Source: Clostridiales bacterium
GTDB lineage: Bacteria; Bacillota; Clostridia; Oscillospirales; QAKW01
Length of the DNA stretch: 61,375 nucleotides
Assembly (NCBI GenBank): GCA_003343605.1
Contig: QAKW01000083.1
Coordinates: 1 to 61,375, forward strand
Direction of reading: 5' to 3'
Shown here: positions 47,517 to 55,655 of the stretch, one piece after another
How positions within the stretch are numbered: the first letter of the stretch is position 1
Layout: each line of letters opens with the position of its first letter
Position numbers and translations under genes: made by a program
Notes under the pieces: model-generated
What the model saw: only the letters and a program-made list of their open reading frames with translations
The model's database searches: none
What the model was told of the DNA's origin: nothing

Positions 47517-47948
47517 ATGACGCGGGAATCCTTTATTGCGCTTTGCAACCGTAAAGAGAAGCTGGTAAGGAGCGAACTCGGTTTTAGCCAGCAAAAGATG
47601 AGCGAGCTGCTCGGTATTTCCAAAAAAACGCTGGTAGAAATTGAAAAATGGCGTTCTTCTCTGGGGTGGGAGGGCGCAGTTACGCTCTGCGTGCTTTTTC
47701 AGAATACCCGTGAAATCACACTGACCTTCGGCCCCGATATTTCTGTTTTGCTGCGCGCTTTAAGCTGCGGCGAAGCCTTCGGCCGGCCGTTTCAGTCGCC
47801 CCACGCCGTTTGGACCAAAATCCTGGAAAAAGAGGGCCGCATCATTGAACAAAATACCGCCAGCCAGCTCTACCGCCTTACGGAAAACGGCGAAACCATC
47901 GCCGCTTCCTTTGATCTGGCAGAGCTGAGAAAGAGAGTCACTCCATGA
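47517..47948 (+). CDS. XRE-family helix-turn-helix protein with a C-terminal extension
   Basis: HTH ELGFSQQKMSELLGISKKTLVEIEKWRSS. The ATG at 47517 is 8 nt after AAGGGG. The stop overlaps the next start (ATGA). Confidence 0.7.
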   Translation: MTRESFIALCNRKEKLVRSELGFSQQKMSELLGISKKTLVEIEKWRSSLGWEGAVTLCVLFQNTREITLTFGPDISVLLRALSCGEAFGRPFQSPHAVWTKILEKEGRIIEQNTASQLYRLTENGETIAASFDLAELRKRVTP

Positions 47949-48982
47949 GTAAAGCAACTTATATAATAAACCGGGCGCTGCATCTGAACCTTGCGGGGCT
48001 GAAAGAACGCCTCGGCCAGGTGCATGCAATTACGGGGCGCGCACGTCCTGCTATTTTAATGGACATGCTTTTTTGCGGAATCCGCTATGAAGCGGGATAT
48101 ATTGATTATACCATTTTTGGAATGTACGATATGACGCCCGCACAGCGTAAAGACATTTTGACCCGCGGAAAAAATACCCGCTATGTTTCCGCGCTGAACC
48201 GCCGGGAAGACTGGCATTATTTTAATCATAAATCAGAATTTCTGCACCTCTTCCGGCAGGAATGCGGCCGGGATTTTCTGGATCTGAACCATGCGACTGC
48301 CGATGACTTCGCCGCATTTACGGCCCGGCATGCACAGATTATTGTAAAACCGGAAGACGGGCTTTGCGGCAAGGGGGTTGAAAAACTGATTCCTGCGCAG
48401 GAAGGCAGCGCGCATCAGCTGTATAACCGCCTGAAAATGAACCGGCAGACACTTGTGGAAGAAGCGCTTTCCCAGCATGAGGCGGTCAGCAGACTTTATG
48501 CCGGCTCCATCAATACGGTGCGCCTTGTTACCATGACCGATGATGGCGGTGTTCCCCACCTGCTCTACGCCGCGCTGCGGATGGGATCCGGCGGCGCAGT
48601 GGTGGATAACTTCAATCACGGCGGCATGGTGATTCCGGTAGATCCCGAAAAGGGCACGCTGACCGGCGTGGCCGTAAACAAATCGGGGGAAGCTTTCAGC
48701 GCTCATCCCGATACCGAAACGGTCTTCGATGGCTATCCGCTGCCCGATTGGGAAGCCTGCCGCGCATTGGTTTTCAGCGCGGCAACCAAAGTGCCGGGCA
48801 TCCGGTTGGTCGGCTGGGATCTGGCGCTTACGCCTCAGGGTCCTGTTTTGGTGGAGGGCAACCATTTTCCGGGGCATGATATTTATCAGCTGGTACCCCA
48901 GAATCCGGAAAAAAAGGGCATGCTTCCGGTTTTTGAAGCGGTGGTGCCCTATTCCGCAGTAAAAAAACGAAAAAAACATTGA
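47945..48982 (+). CDS. ATP-grasp-like protein (resembles the sugar-transfer-associated ATP-grasp family)
   Basis: 345 aa. IIVKPEDGLCGKGVEKL and TVRLVTM...GGAVVDNFNHGGMVIPVD are typical of ATP-grasp folds. The family name comes from memory and needs an HMM check. Confidence 0.5.
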   Translation: MSKATYIINRALHLNLAGLKERLGQVHAITGRARPAILMDMLFCGIRYEAGYIDYTIFGMYDMTPAQRKDILTRGKNTRYVSALNRREDWHYFNHKSEFLHLFRQECGRDFLDLNHATADDFAAFTARHAQIIVKPEDGLCGKGVEKLIPAQEGSAHQLYNRLKMNRQTLVEEALSQHEAVSRLYAGSINTVRLVTMTDDGGVPHLLYAALRMGSGGAVVDNFNHGGMVIPVDPEKGTLTGVAVNKSGEAFSAHPDTETVFDGYPLPDWEACRALVFSAATKVPGIRLVGWDLALTPQGPVLVEGNHFPGHDIYQLVPQNPEKKGMLPVFEAVVPYSAVKKRKKH

Positions 48983-49055
48983 AAAAACTTGCAAATCAGT
49001 GTTCTTATGCTAAAATAGTTTCAAAACAGAAAATAAGGAGGGGCATGATCTTTCC

Positions 49056-50351
49056 ATGCTGGATATTAAATTTTTAAAGGAAAACCCGGAGCTTGTAAAA
49101 GAGAACATCCGAAAAAAATTCAAAGAAGAAAAGCTTCCTCTGGTAGACGAAGCCATTACCGTTTATGAAGAAAAGCTGGCCGCCACCCGCCGTGCAGACG
49201 AGCTGCGTGCTACCCGCAACCGTTTAAGTAAACAGATCGGCGCTATGATGGCGCGCGGGGAACGGGCGGAAGCCGAAGCGGTTAAGGCACAGGTCAGTGC
49301 ACAGGCGGAAGAGCTGGCCGCGCTCAAGGAAAAAGAAACAGCGCTGCAGAGCCGGCTTTCTGCCATCATGATGCAGATTCCCAACATAGTAGATCCTTCC
49401 GTTCCCGTTGGAAAAAGCGATGCTGAAAACGTTGAGGTTTGCCAGTACGGCGCACAGACCCGGCCGGATTTTGAAATTCCCTATCATACCGATATTATGG
49501 CGCGTTTTGCCGGAATCGATAAGGAAGCGGCCGGGCGCGTTGCAGGTGAGGGCTTTTATTATCTGATGGGCGATATTGCCCGGCTGCACAGCGCAGTGCT
49601 CTCTTATGCCCGCGATTTTATGATTGATAAGGGGTTCACCTACTGCATCCCGCCTTTTATGATCCGCAGCAATGTTGTAACCGGTGTGATGAGTTTTGAA
49701 GAGATGGACGCGATGATGTATAAAATCGAAGGGGAAGATCTCTATCTGATCGGTACCAGCGAGCATTCCATGATCGGCAAATTTATCGATACCATTACCC
49801 CGGAAAGTGCGCTGCCGCTTACCCTTACCAGCTATTCGCCCTGCTTCCGCAAGGAAAAGGGTGCGCACGGCATCGAAGAGCGCGGTATTTACCGCATCCA
49901 TCAGTTTGAAAAACAGGAAATGATTGTAATCTGCAGGCCGGAGGAAAGCATGCAGTGGTTCGACAAAATGTGGGGCTATTCCGTCGAGCTGTTTCGTTCT
50001 CTGGATATTCCGGTGCGCACGCTGGAATGCTGCACCGGCGATCTGGCAGATCTGAAAGTAAAATCTTATGATGTAGAGGCCTGGTCTCCCAAACAACAGA
50101 AGTATTTTGAAGTTTGCTCCTGCTCCAATCTGGGTGATGCGCAGGCCCGGCGCCTGGGCATTCGCATCAAAGGGGAAGACGGCAGAAAATACCTTGCCCA
50201 TACGCTCAATAATACGGTGGTTGCACCGCCGAGGATGCTGATTGCCCTTCTGGAAAACAATCTTCAGTTTGATGGTTCGCGCTATCTCATCCGTATTCCG
50301 GAAGCACTGCGGCCCTATATGGGCGGCAAGGCGGAACTGTGCGAGCAATAA
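49056..50351 (+). CDS. serS: Serine--tRNA ligase
   Basis: 431 aa with an N-terminal coiled-coil arm and class II motifs (FRKEKGAHG..., YRIHQFEKQE, TLNNTVVAPPRMLIALLENN). Confidence 0.95.
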   Translation: MLDIKFLKENPELVKENIRKKFKEEKLPLVDEAITVYEEKLAATRRADELRATRNRLSKQIGAMMARGERAEAEAVKAQVSAQAEELAALKEKETALQSRLSAIMMQIPNIVDPSVPVGKSDAENVEVCQYGAQTRPDFEIPYHTDIMARFAGIDKEAAGRVAGEGFYYLMGDIARLHSAVLSYARDFMIDKGFTYCIPPFMIRSNVVTGVMSFEEMDAMMYKIEGEDLYLIGTSEHSMIGKFIDTITPESALPLTLTSYSPCFRKEKGAHGIEERGIYRIHQFEKQEMIVICRPEESMQWFDKMWGYSVELFRSLDIPVRTLECCTGDLADLKVKSYDVEAWSPKQQKYFEVCSCSNLGDAQARRLGIRIKGEDGRKYLAHTLNNTVVAPPRMLIALLENNLQFDGSRYLIRIPEALRPYMGGKAELCEQ

Positions 50352-50365
50352 AACGGTTATCGAAT

Positions 50366-50397
50366 AAAAAATACCCGCGTTCACGCGGGTATTTTTT
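50366..50397. terminator. Bidirectional terminator between serS and the convergent lipoprotein gene
   Basis: Perfect AAAAAAUACCCGCG-UUCA-CGCGGGUAUUUUUU. Confidence 0.8.
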
Positions 50398-51112
50398 ATT
50401 CGATAAAACCGCCGTCGCGCCAGAGCACAAAACCGGGTTCATCCGGCCGGGCGGCAAGCAAAAGGGTTTTTCCCACCTGCTCTTGCAGTGCTCCGTCTTC
50501 AGCGCCCTCCAGCAGCAGATGAATGCCCTTCACCTCCAAAAGAAGCTCCCGGGCACGCTCTGCACCCAGATCAGATAGGCAGATGATCATGCCGCAGCCC
50601 CGCTCCTTCAGGGCTTTTACCTGATTGCGGGCCGCTTCGAACAGCTGATCGCCTGAAAGATACTCAAGCCCCTTAAGCCGCTCCCCTTCCGGATCGGTGA
50701 GCGCAAAAATGCCGATTCTGGAGCCGTCTTCAAGTGTAATAACTTCATTGGGCTGAAATTCAGCCTCCCCCTCTTCATCTAAAATATTGGCAGAAAGCAC
50801 CGGAAATGCAGCGTTGCCGATCTGTGTATCCAGTGCCTCATAACCAAGCGCCAGTGCGCCGCTTTGCAGCGCAACCGCCTGATAGCCGCTGCTGTTAAGC
50901 TCGTTGAGGCGCGGGTCAGTCATGGCCTTTTTCCCAAGATCCAGCTTTAAAACTGCATAGCCCTGCTCTTTATATTGCTCATTGAACGCGCTGCCGTCTC
51001 CGTTTCCATTTGTAAACACCACTGCTACTGGCGTATCAATCCGGGCTGCGGCGCATCCGCCCAAGAAAAGCAGCAGCAGAAATGCCGCCAGGGCGGCTGA
51101 GAATCGTTTCAA
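50396..51112 (-). CDS. Lipoprotein with a degenerate metallophosphoesterase (5'-nucleotidase N-terminal)-like domain
   Basis: Lipobox FLGGC. The sequence follows the UshA/CpdB N-domain block order (VVFTNGNGDG, LKLDLG, GYQAVALQSG, FPVLSANI, IGIFALTDP, IICLSDLG, IHLLLEGAEDG). The metal-ligand positions are substituted. Confidence 0.45.
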   Translation of the reverse strand: MKRFSAALAAFLLLLFLGGCAAARIDTPVAVVFTNGNGDGSAFNEQYKEQGYAVLKLDLGKKAMTDPRLNELNSSGYQAVALQSGALALGYEALDTQIGNAAFPVLSANILDEEGEAEFQPNEVITLEDGSRIGIFALTDPEGERLKGLEYLSGDQLFEAARNQVKALKERGCGMIICLSDLGAERARELLLEVKGIHLLLEGAEDGALQEQVGKTLLLAARPDEPGFVLWRDGGFIE

Positions 51113-51272
51113 TCAAATCCCTCCGTTTCCTGATGGCGTTATTTTAACATAATTCTGCCCAAAAAGCAACTGGATGGCCTGCCGGCATGCAAAATTACTT
51201 CATTTTATTGACATTTCTTTCTATTTTATGATACTATTTCCCTGTTAGTTCAAAAGCAGGAGGGGTTTCATC

Positions 51273-53132
51273 ATGAATTGCATCATCAAGCACCGCCGCG
51301 CTGTTTTGCGCGTTTTATCCATTGGGCTGCTGATCTGGATGATCGGCACAATCAGCTGCAGTGCGGCGGTAACGCTGCAAAATGGCGAAGACTCGGTCAG
51401 CGGAAGTGCAGAATCCACATTCGGGAGCCAGGATCAAGCGGCAGGGACCGGATCTGTATCCAGCCAGCCTGCGCAGGATCTGCCGGAGCTCAGCCAGTCG
51501 GCCGATAAGGCCGCTGAGAGTGCGGCTGACGCCGGCGCAGCAGAAAACCCGGAGCAGGAAGAAGGCGCTGATTATACATCGCGTTTCACCGGTACGTTCT
51601 GGGCGTTGCTGCCGCCGGTAATTGCAATTGCCTTGGCGCTGATTACCAAAGAGGTCTATTCCTCGCTGTTTCTCGGAATCGTAGCCGGTGGGTTTCTATA
51701 TGCCTTCAACAGCGAAGGAATGTTCAGCTTTGAGCGCATGTTCAACGGGATTGTACAGGAAGGCTTTGTGAAGCAGCTGGCCGATCAATGGAACGTGGGG
51801 ATCCTCATCTTTCTGGTGGTTCTGGGTGTCATCGTTGTGATGATGAACCGGGCCGGCGGAAGCCGGGCCTACGGGGAATGGGCGGCAACTAAAATCAGGG
51901 GCCGCCGCAGCGCGCAGTTTGCAACCTTCGGCCTGGGTGCGCTGATCTTTGTAGATGATTATTTCAATTGCCTGACGGTTGGCAGTGTGATGCGCCCGAT
52001 TACCGATCAACACCGGATTTCCCGCGCCAAACTCGCCTATCTCATCGATGCCACCGCCGCGCCGATCTGCATTATCGCTCCGATCTCATCCTGGGCGGCG
52101 GCGGTCAGCGGTACGGTTGAGGGGGTAAACGGCATCTCACTCTTTATTCAAACAATTCCCTATAATCTTTATGCGCTTCTCACCATTGCCATGGTATTGT
52201 TCCTTTCATTTACCGGCTTTGATTTCGGCCCCATGCGCAGGCATGAGCAAAATGCCGCACACGGCGATCTCTATACCTCCGGCGCAGAGCTTTTTCAGAA
52301 CGCAGAGCAGGAAGAAAAGGCCCATTCCAAAGGCCGCGTATTTGATCTGATTATCCCGGTTGTTGTATTGATTCTGTTTTGCGTGGCGGGGATGGTATAT
52401 ACCGGCGGCTTTTTCTCCGGTGCCTCTTTTATCAAAGCCTTTGCCAAATGTGATGCCGCCTATGGCCTTGCGCTGGGATCCATCGCCGCGCTGATCATTG
52501 ATATGATCTATTTTCTCTGCCGCAGAGTACTAACCTTTAAAGAATGCACCAGCGCGATTCCGGAAGGCTTTAAGCAGATGGTTCCGGCGATACTGATTCT
52601 GACTTTTGCCTGGGCCTTAAAATCCATGACCGGCCTGCTGGATGCCAGCTCCTTTGTTGCGGGCGTTGTGGAAAGCGCAAAGGCGCTGCAGATTCTGCTG
52701 CCTGCACTGCTCTTTCTGGTGGCAGTAGGGCTCTCTTTTGCCACCGGAACTTCCTGGGGAACCTTCGGCATTTTAATTCCGATTGTTACCGGTGTATTTG
52801 AGCAGCAGCTGGCGGCAGTGCCAAACGGCGGCGCGATCCCGTCCATGGTTATTATCTGCATTTCCGCCTGCCTTGCCGGCGCGGTCTGTGGGGATCATTG
52901 TTCGCCGATCTCCGATACCACGATTATGGCTTCTACCGGCGCAAGATGCGATCATGTAAACCATGTATCCACACAGCTCCCCTACGCGCTGACCGTTGCC
53001 GGCGTTTCGCTGGCCGGGTACCTGCTGGCCGGTCTGGTTCAAAACGTATTTATTGTTTTGGGTGTTTCTCTGGTTTTGCTGCTGGCAACCCTGTTTATTC
53101 TCCGTTTTTGCCTGAGTAAAAAGAGTATATAA
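51273..53132 (+). CDS. NhaC-family Na+/H+ antiporter-like transporter with a roughly 100-aa N-terminal extension
   Basis: 619 aa. The core from about residue 105 (FWALLPPVIAIALALITKEVY...) is NhaC-like. There is a strong AGGAGGGG 7 nt upstream of the ATG at 51273. Confidence 0.7.
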   Translation: MNCIIKHRRAVLRVLSIGLLIWMIGTISCSAAVTLQNGEDSVSGSAESTFGSQDQAAGTGSVSSQPAQDLPELSQSADKAAESAADAGAAENPEQEEGADYTSRFTGTFWALLPPVIAIALALITKEVYSSLFLGIVAGGFLYAFNSEGMFSFERMFNGIVQEGFVKQLADQWNVGILIFLVVLGVIVVMMNRAGGSRAYGEWAATKIRGRRSAQFATFGLGALIFVDDYFNCLTVGSVMRPITDQHRISRAKLAYLIDATAAPICIIAPISSWAAAVSGTVEGVNGISLFIQTIPYNLYALLTIAMVLFLSFTGFDFGPMRRHEQNAAHGDLYTSGAELFQNAEQEEKAHSKGRVFDLIIPVVVLILFCVAGMVYTGGFFSGASFIKAFAKCDAAYGLALGSIAALIIDMIYFLCRRVLTFKECTSAIPEGFKQMVPAILILTFAWALKSMTGLLDASSFVAGVVESAKALQILLPALLFLVAVGLSFATGTSWGTFGILIPIVTGVFEQQLAAVPNGGAIPSMVIICISACLAGAVCGDHCSPISDTTIMASTGARCDHVNHVSTQLPYALTVAGVSLAGYLLAGLVQNVFIVLGVSLVLLLATLFILRFCLSKKSI

Positions 53133-53171
53133 AAATCTGCCCTATGGCCATAAACCATAGGGCAGATTTTT
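53131..53171. terminator. Bidirectional terminator between convergent genes
   Basis: Perfect 17-bp stem AAAAAUCUGCCCUAUGG-CCAUAAA-CCAUAGGGCAGAUUUUU. Confidence 0.8.
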
Positions 53172-53189
53172 ATATCATCAGGCTCGATA

Positions 53190-55040
53190 TTATGAACATT
53201 CTACCGATAAAATTTCCACCTTTTCCGGCCGGTCGGGCAGATATTCCACAGCCCGAATGGTTTTCTCCGGATAGGGGTTCAAAAAAGCGGTCTTATACCA
53301 GGTTTTCCCGTTTTTCCGGAAGGGAATGGTGGAATAGCTCACCTCACCCAGCGCCGATTCATCCAGTGAGGTTGGGTTAAAGCCCTCTTTGTTATCCCCC
53401 AGACTGCAGAAAATTGCAGAGCTGGCAATGTTGGTTCCGTATTTGACTTCCAGCTTTGTTTCAGTCCCATCGGTATAGGTCACTTTATAATAACCCATAT
53501 GGTAAACTTCATCTTCAATGAAAATTCCATCATAAAAAACTTTATAGGGGATATTCAGCTCCGTGGTATGCGAAACAACAATATAGGGCTTCTCATCCAG
53601 ATTGCCATAATGCAGATGGAAGGCTTCCTCAAACGTCTTATTGAGAATCTCCTGCTGGCGTGCGTTGCTATAGGTTTTGCTCCATAACGCAAACGCACCG
53701 AAAATCAGATGCAGATACTGGCAGTTGCGCTGCATATATTCCGGATGATTGGAGCCCCAGTTGGAGCAAAAACCACCCTTTGCGCCAAATGTGCGCCGCT
53801 CACGCCAATATTCCACCCGCTCGGCGGCCATATTACCGTAAATCATTTCATAGCCATGGGTATGGTAAACAAAATCATATTGCAGCCCGAAACTAAAGTA
53901 CCAATGCGCCATCAGTATGTCCTTCGGCAGCAGCTGCTGGCATTTAAACGTGGGCGGAAAATGAATATGTAAACCTTTTTTGCTGATCCGGTCGTCTCCG
54001 GCGCCGCCGTAAGTGCGGTCTTTTGTTACAACCGGCAGCAGCTTATCACCCCACATCATCGTCCGGATGCCGCGCTCCGCCAGAAAATCATGGATCTTTA
54101 TAATATCCGCCGCGTAGACTTCCTCGGGTTTCTTCTCCCGGCAGCGCGGGCAGAGGCACATGGTGTAATATTCATCATGCCCGATATTCACAATCTTCGG
54201 CCGGAACACCTCGATCACTTCCTCCAGAATATCAAAAACAATCCGATAGGTATCGGGATTGCTCGGGCAATAGGTATCGGGATAGGGATCCTCTTCACGC
54301 TCCCGCAGCTCCGGGTGTGCCAGGCAGATATAATCGCTGTGAGAAAGCAGGGGTACTTCCGGGTAAACCTCCAGCCCCCGCTCCCGGCAATAGGCAATCA
54401 GCTCGCGCACCTGATCCTGCGTCAGAATCTCGCCTTCACCGTTATCCGTATGGATCGAATTCTTCGCCCAGGGGTAAGCATGCTGAATCTCACCGGTACG
54501 CCCGGAATAACGGTGGGTATCCGCGGCAAATTCTTTCCAGGCCGCGTTAATTTCAGGATGGCGCCGGTATTCCATAGCTCCGCCGATTTCCAGAGAAATA
54601 TAATTATATTTATAATAGACGATCGTATCGACCATTTTATAAAAATCCTGAAAGGAATCCGGGCCGGGCAGATAGACCCGGTAACCCCGGAAGGCGCAAT
54701 CAGGCGCGTCTTCCAGACGGCCGGTAAAAATGCCTTCATGCCCGCTCATCTGCCGGAGCGTCTGCGCCGCATAAATCAGTGCACGCGCGCTTGCCCCGTA
54801 AAGTATCGCTTCTTCGGCGGTGATCACCAACGCATAGGTTTCTTCTCCCGCTTCAACCTGCAAGTCATCCGGCAGGCCTTCTACGAGCCGCAGCCTTAAA
54901 ATACTGCCATCCTGCATCCCCCGCTCTGCAATGAGCTCTTCCAAAAGTGTGCGGGAATACCCGCGCACTCCTTCTACAGAGGCTTGATCTGAAAGTGTTA
55001 CCTGCTGTTCTTTCCGCCAAAACTGCGGTTCAAAAAACAT
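53190..55040 (-). CDS. Glycoside hydrolase family 20-like protein (beta-N-acetylhexosaminidase-like), cytoplasmic
   Basis: 616 aa with no signal peptide. FRGYRVYLPG...YNYISLEIGG and NIGHDEY resemble the GH20 TIM-barrel blocks and the H-x-G-x-D-E catalytic pair. Confidence 0.5.
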   Translation of the reverse strand: MFFEPQFWRKEQQVTLSDQASVEGVRGYSRTLLEELIAERGMQDGSILRLRLVEGLPDDLQVEAGEETYALVITAEEAILYGASARALIYAAQTLRQMSGHEGIFTGRLEDAPDCAFRGYRVYLPGPDSFQDFYKMVDTIVYYKYNYISLEIGGAMEYRRHPEINAAWKEFAADTHRYSGRTGEIQHAYPWAKNSIHTDNGEGEILTQDQVRELIAYCRERGLEVYPEVPLLSHSDYICLAHPELREREEDPYPDTYCPSNPDTYRIVFDILEEVIEVFRPKIVNIGHDEYYTMCLCPRCREKKPEEVYAADIIKIHDFLAERGIRTMMWGDKLLPVVTKDRTYGGAGDDRISKKGLHIHFPPTFKCQQLLPKDILMAHWYFSFGLQYDFVYHTHGYEMIYGNMAAERVEYWRERRTFGAKGGFCSNWGSNHPEYMQRNCQYLHLIFGAFALWSKTYSNARQQEILNKTFEEAFHLHYGNLDEKPYIVVSHTTELNIPYKVFYDGIFIEDEVYHMGYYKVTYTDGTETKLEVKYGTNIASSAIFCSLGDNKEGFNPTSLDESALGEVSYSTIPFRKNGKTWYKTAFLNPYPEKTIRAVEYLPDRPEKVEILSVECS

Positions 55041-55127
55041 CGCTGATTACCCCCTTTTTATTGTTACCTGTAGCATAGCAGATCGAATTAGAAATTGCAA
55101 CCTATTTTCACAAAAAATATATAACCG

Positions 55128-55176
55128 TTGACAAGTCAACTTTATTTTGCTATTATTTAGTTGCGAACGCAACTAA
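55128..55176 (+). promoter_or_regulatory. Promoter and palindromic operator of the MarR-ABC operon
   Basis: TTGACA (55128-55133, itself part of the small palindrome TTGACaaGTCAA), a 17-nt spacer, then TATTAT (55151-55156). A perfect 20-bp palindrome TTAGTTGCGAACGCAACTAA (55157-55176) follows immediately. Confidence 0.55.
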
Positions 55177-55199
55177 TATGCAAATAAAGGGGAATCCAT

Positions 55200-55655
55200 A
55201 TGGAAAACTACAGAAAGTATTTCACACGTATCACCCGCACTGCCCAACGTTATTACAACCTGCATGTCCCCGGCGGGCTCAAAGCGCAGGAAACCCTGGC
55301 GCTGCGGGTTATATCCTTTCATCAGGAACTCTCTCAGCAGAGTCTGGCCGATCACCTGGGGGTAGACAAAGCAGAGGTGACGCGGCTGGTCAATAAGCTG
55401 GAAGCGGGCGGTTATCTCACCCGCACAGTGAACCCCAAAGACCGGCGGGAACGCCTGATCGCCTCCACTCCAAAAGCCGATGCGGAAAAGGAGCATGGTA
55501 TTGCCGTAACCAATCATTTTTATTCCTGGCTGCTTTCAGACCTGCCGCCCGCGGAAAAAGAACAGTTTACGGCCACTCTGCAAAAGCTCTTCGACCGCGC
55601 GAGTGCAGCACGGGCCGATCATTTTAAGGAACTGGAGGATTTTCCATGCACCTGA
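55200..55655 (+). CDS. MarR-family transcriptional regulator
   Basis: 151 aa with a winged-HTH region (LSQQSLADHLGVDKAEVTRLVNKLEAGGYLTRTVNPKDRRE). Confidence 0.85.
   Translation: MENYRKYFTRITRTAQRYYNLHVPGGLKAQETLALRVISFHQELSQQSLADHLGVDKAEVTRLVNKLEAGGYLTRTVNPKDRRERLIASTPKADAEKEHGIAVTNHFYSWLLSDLPPAEKEQFTATLQKLFDRASAARADHFKELEDFPCT

Noticed and set aside
49224-50384. 386-aa ORF on the minus strand covering almost all of serS.
   Set aside because: It is exactly antisense to an unmistakable seryl-tRNA synthetase. The translated sequence is Arg/Gly/Phe/His-rich with no motifs and no RBS. This is a typical shadow ORF in GC-rich coding DNA.
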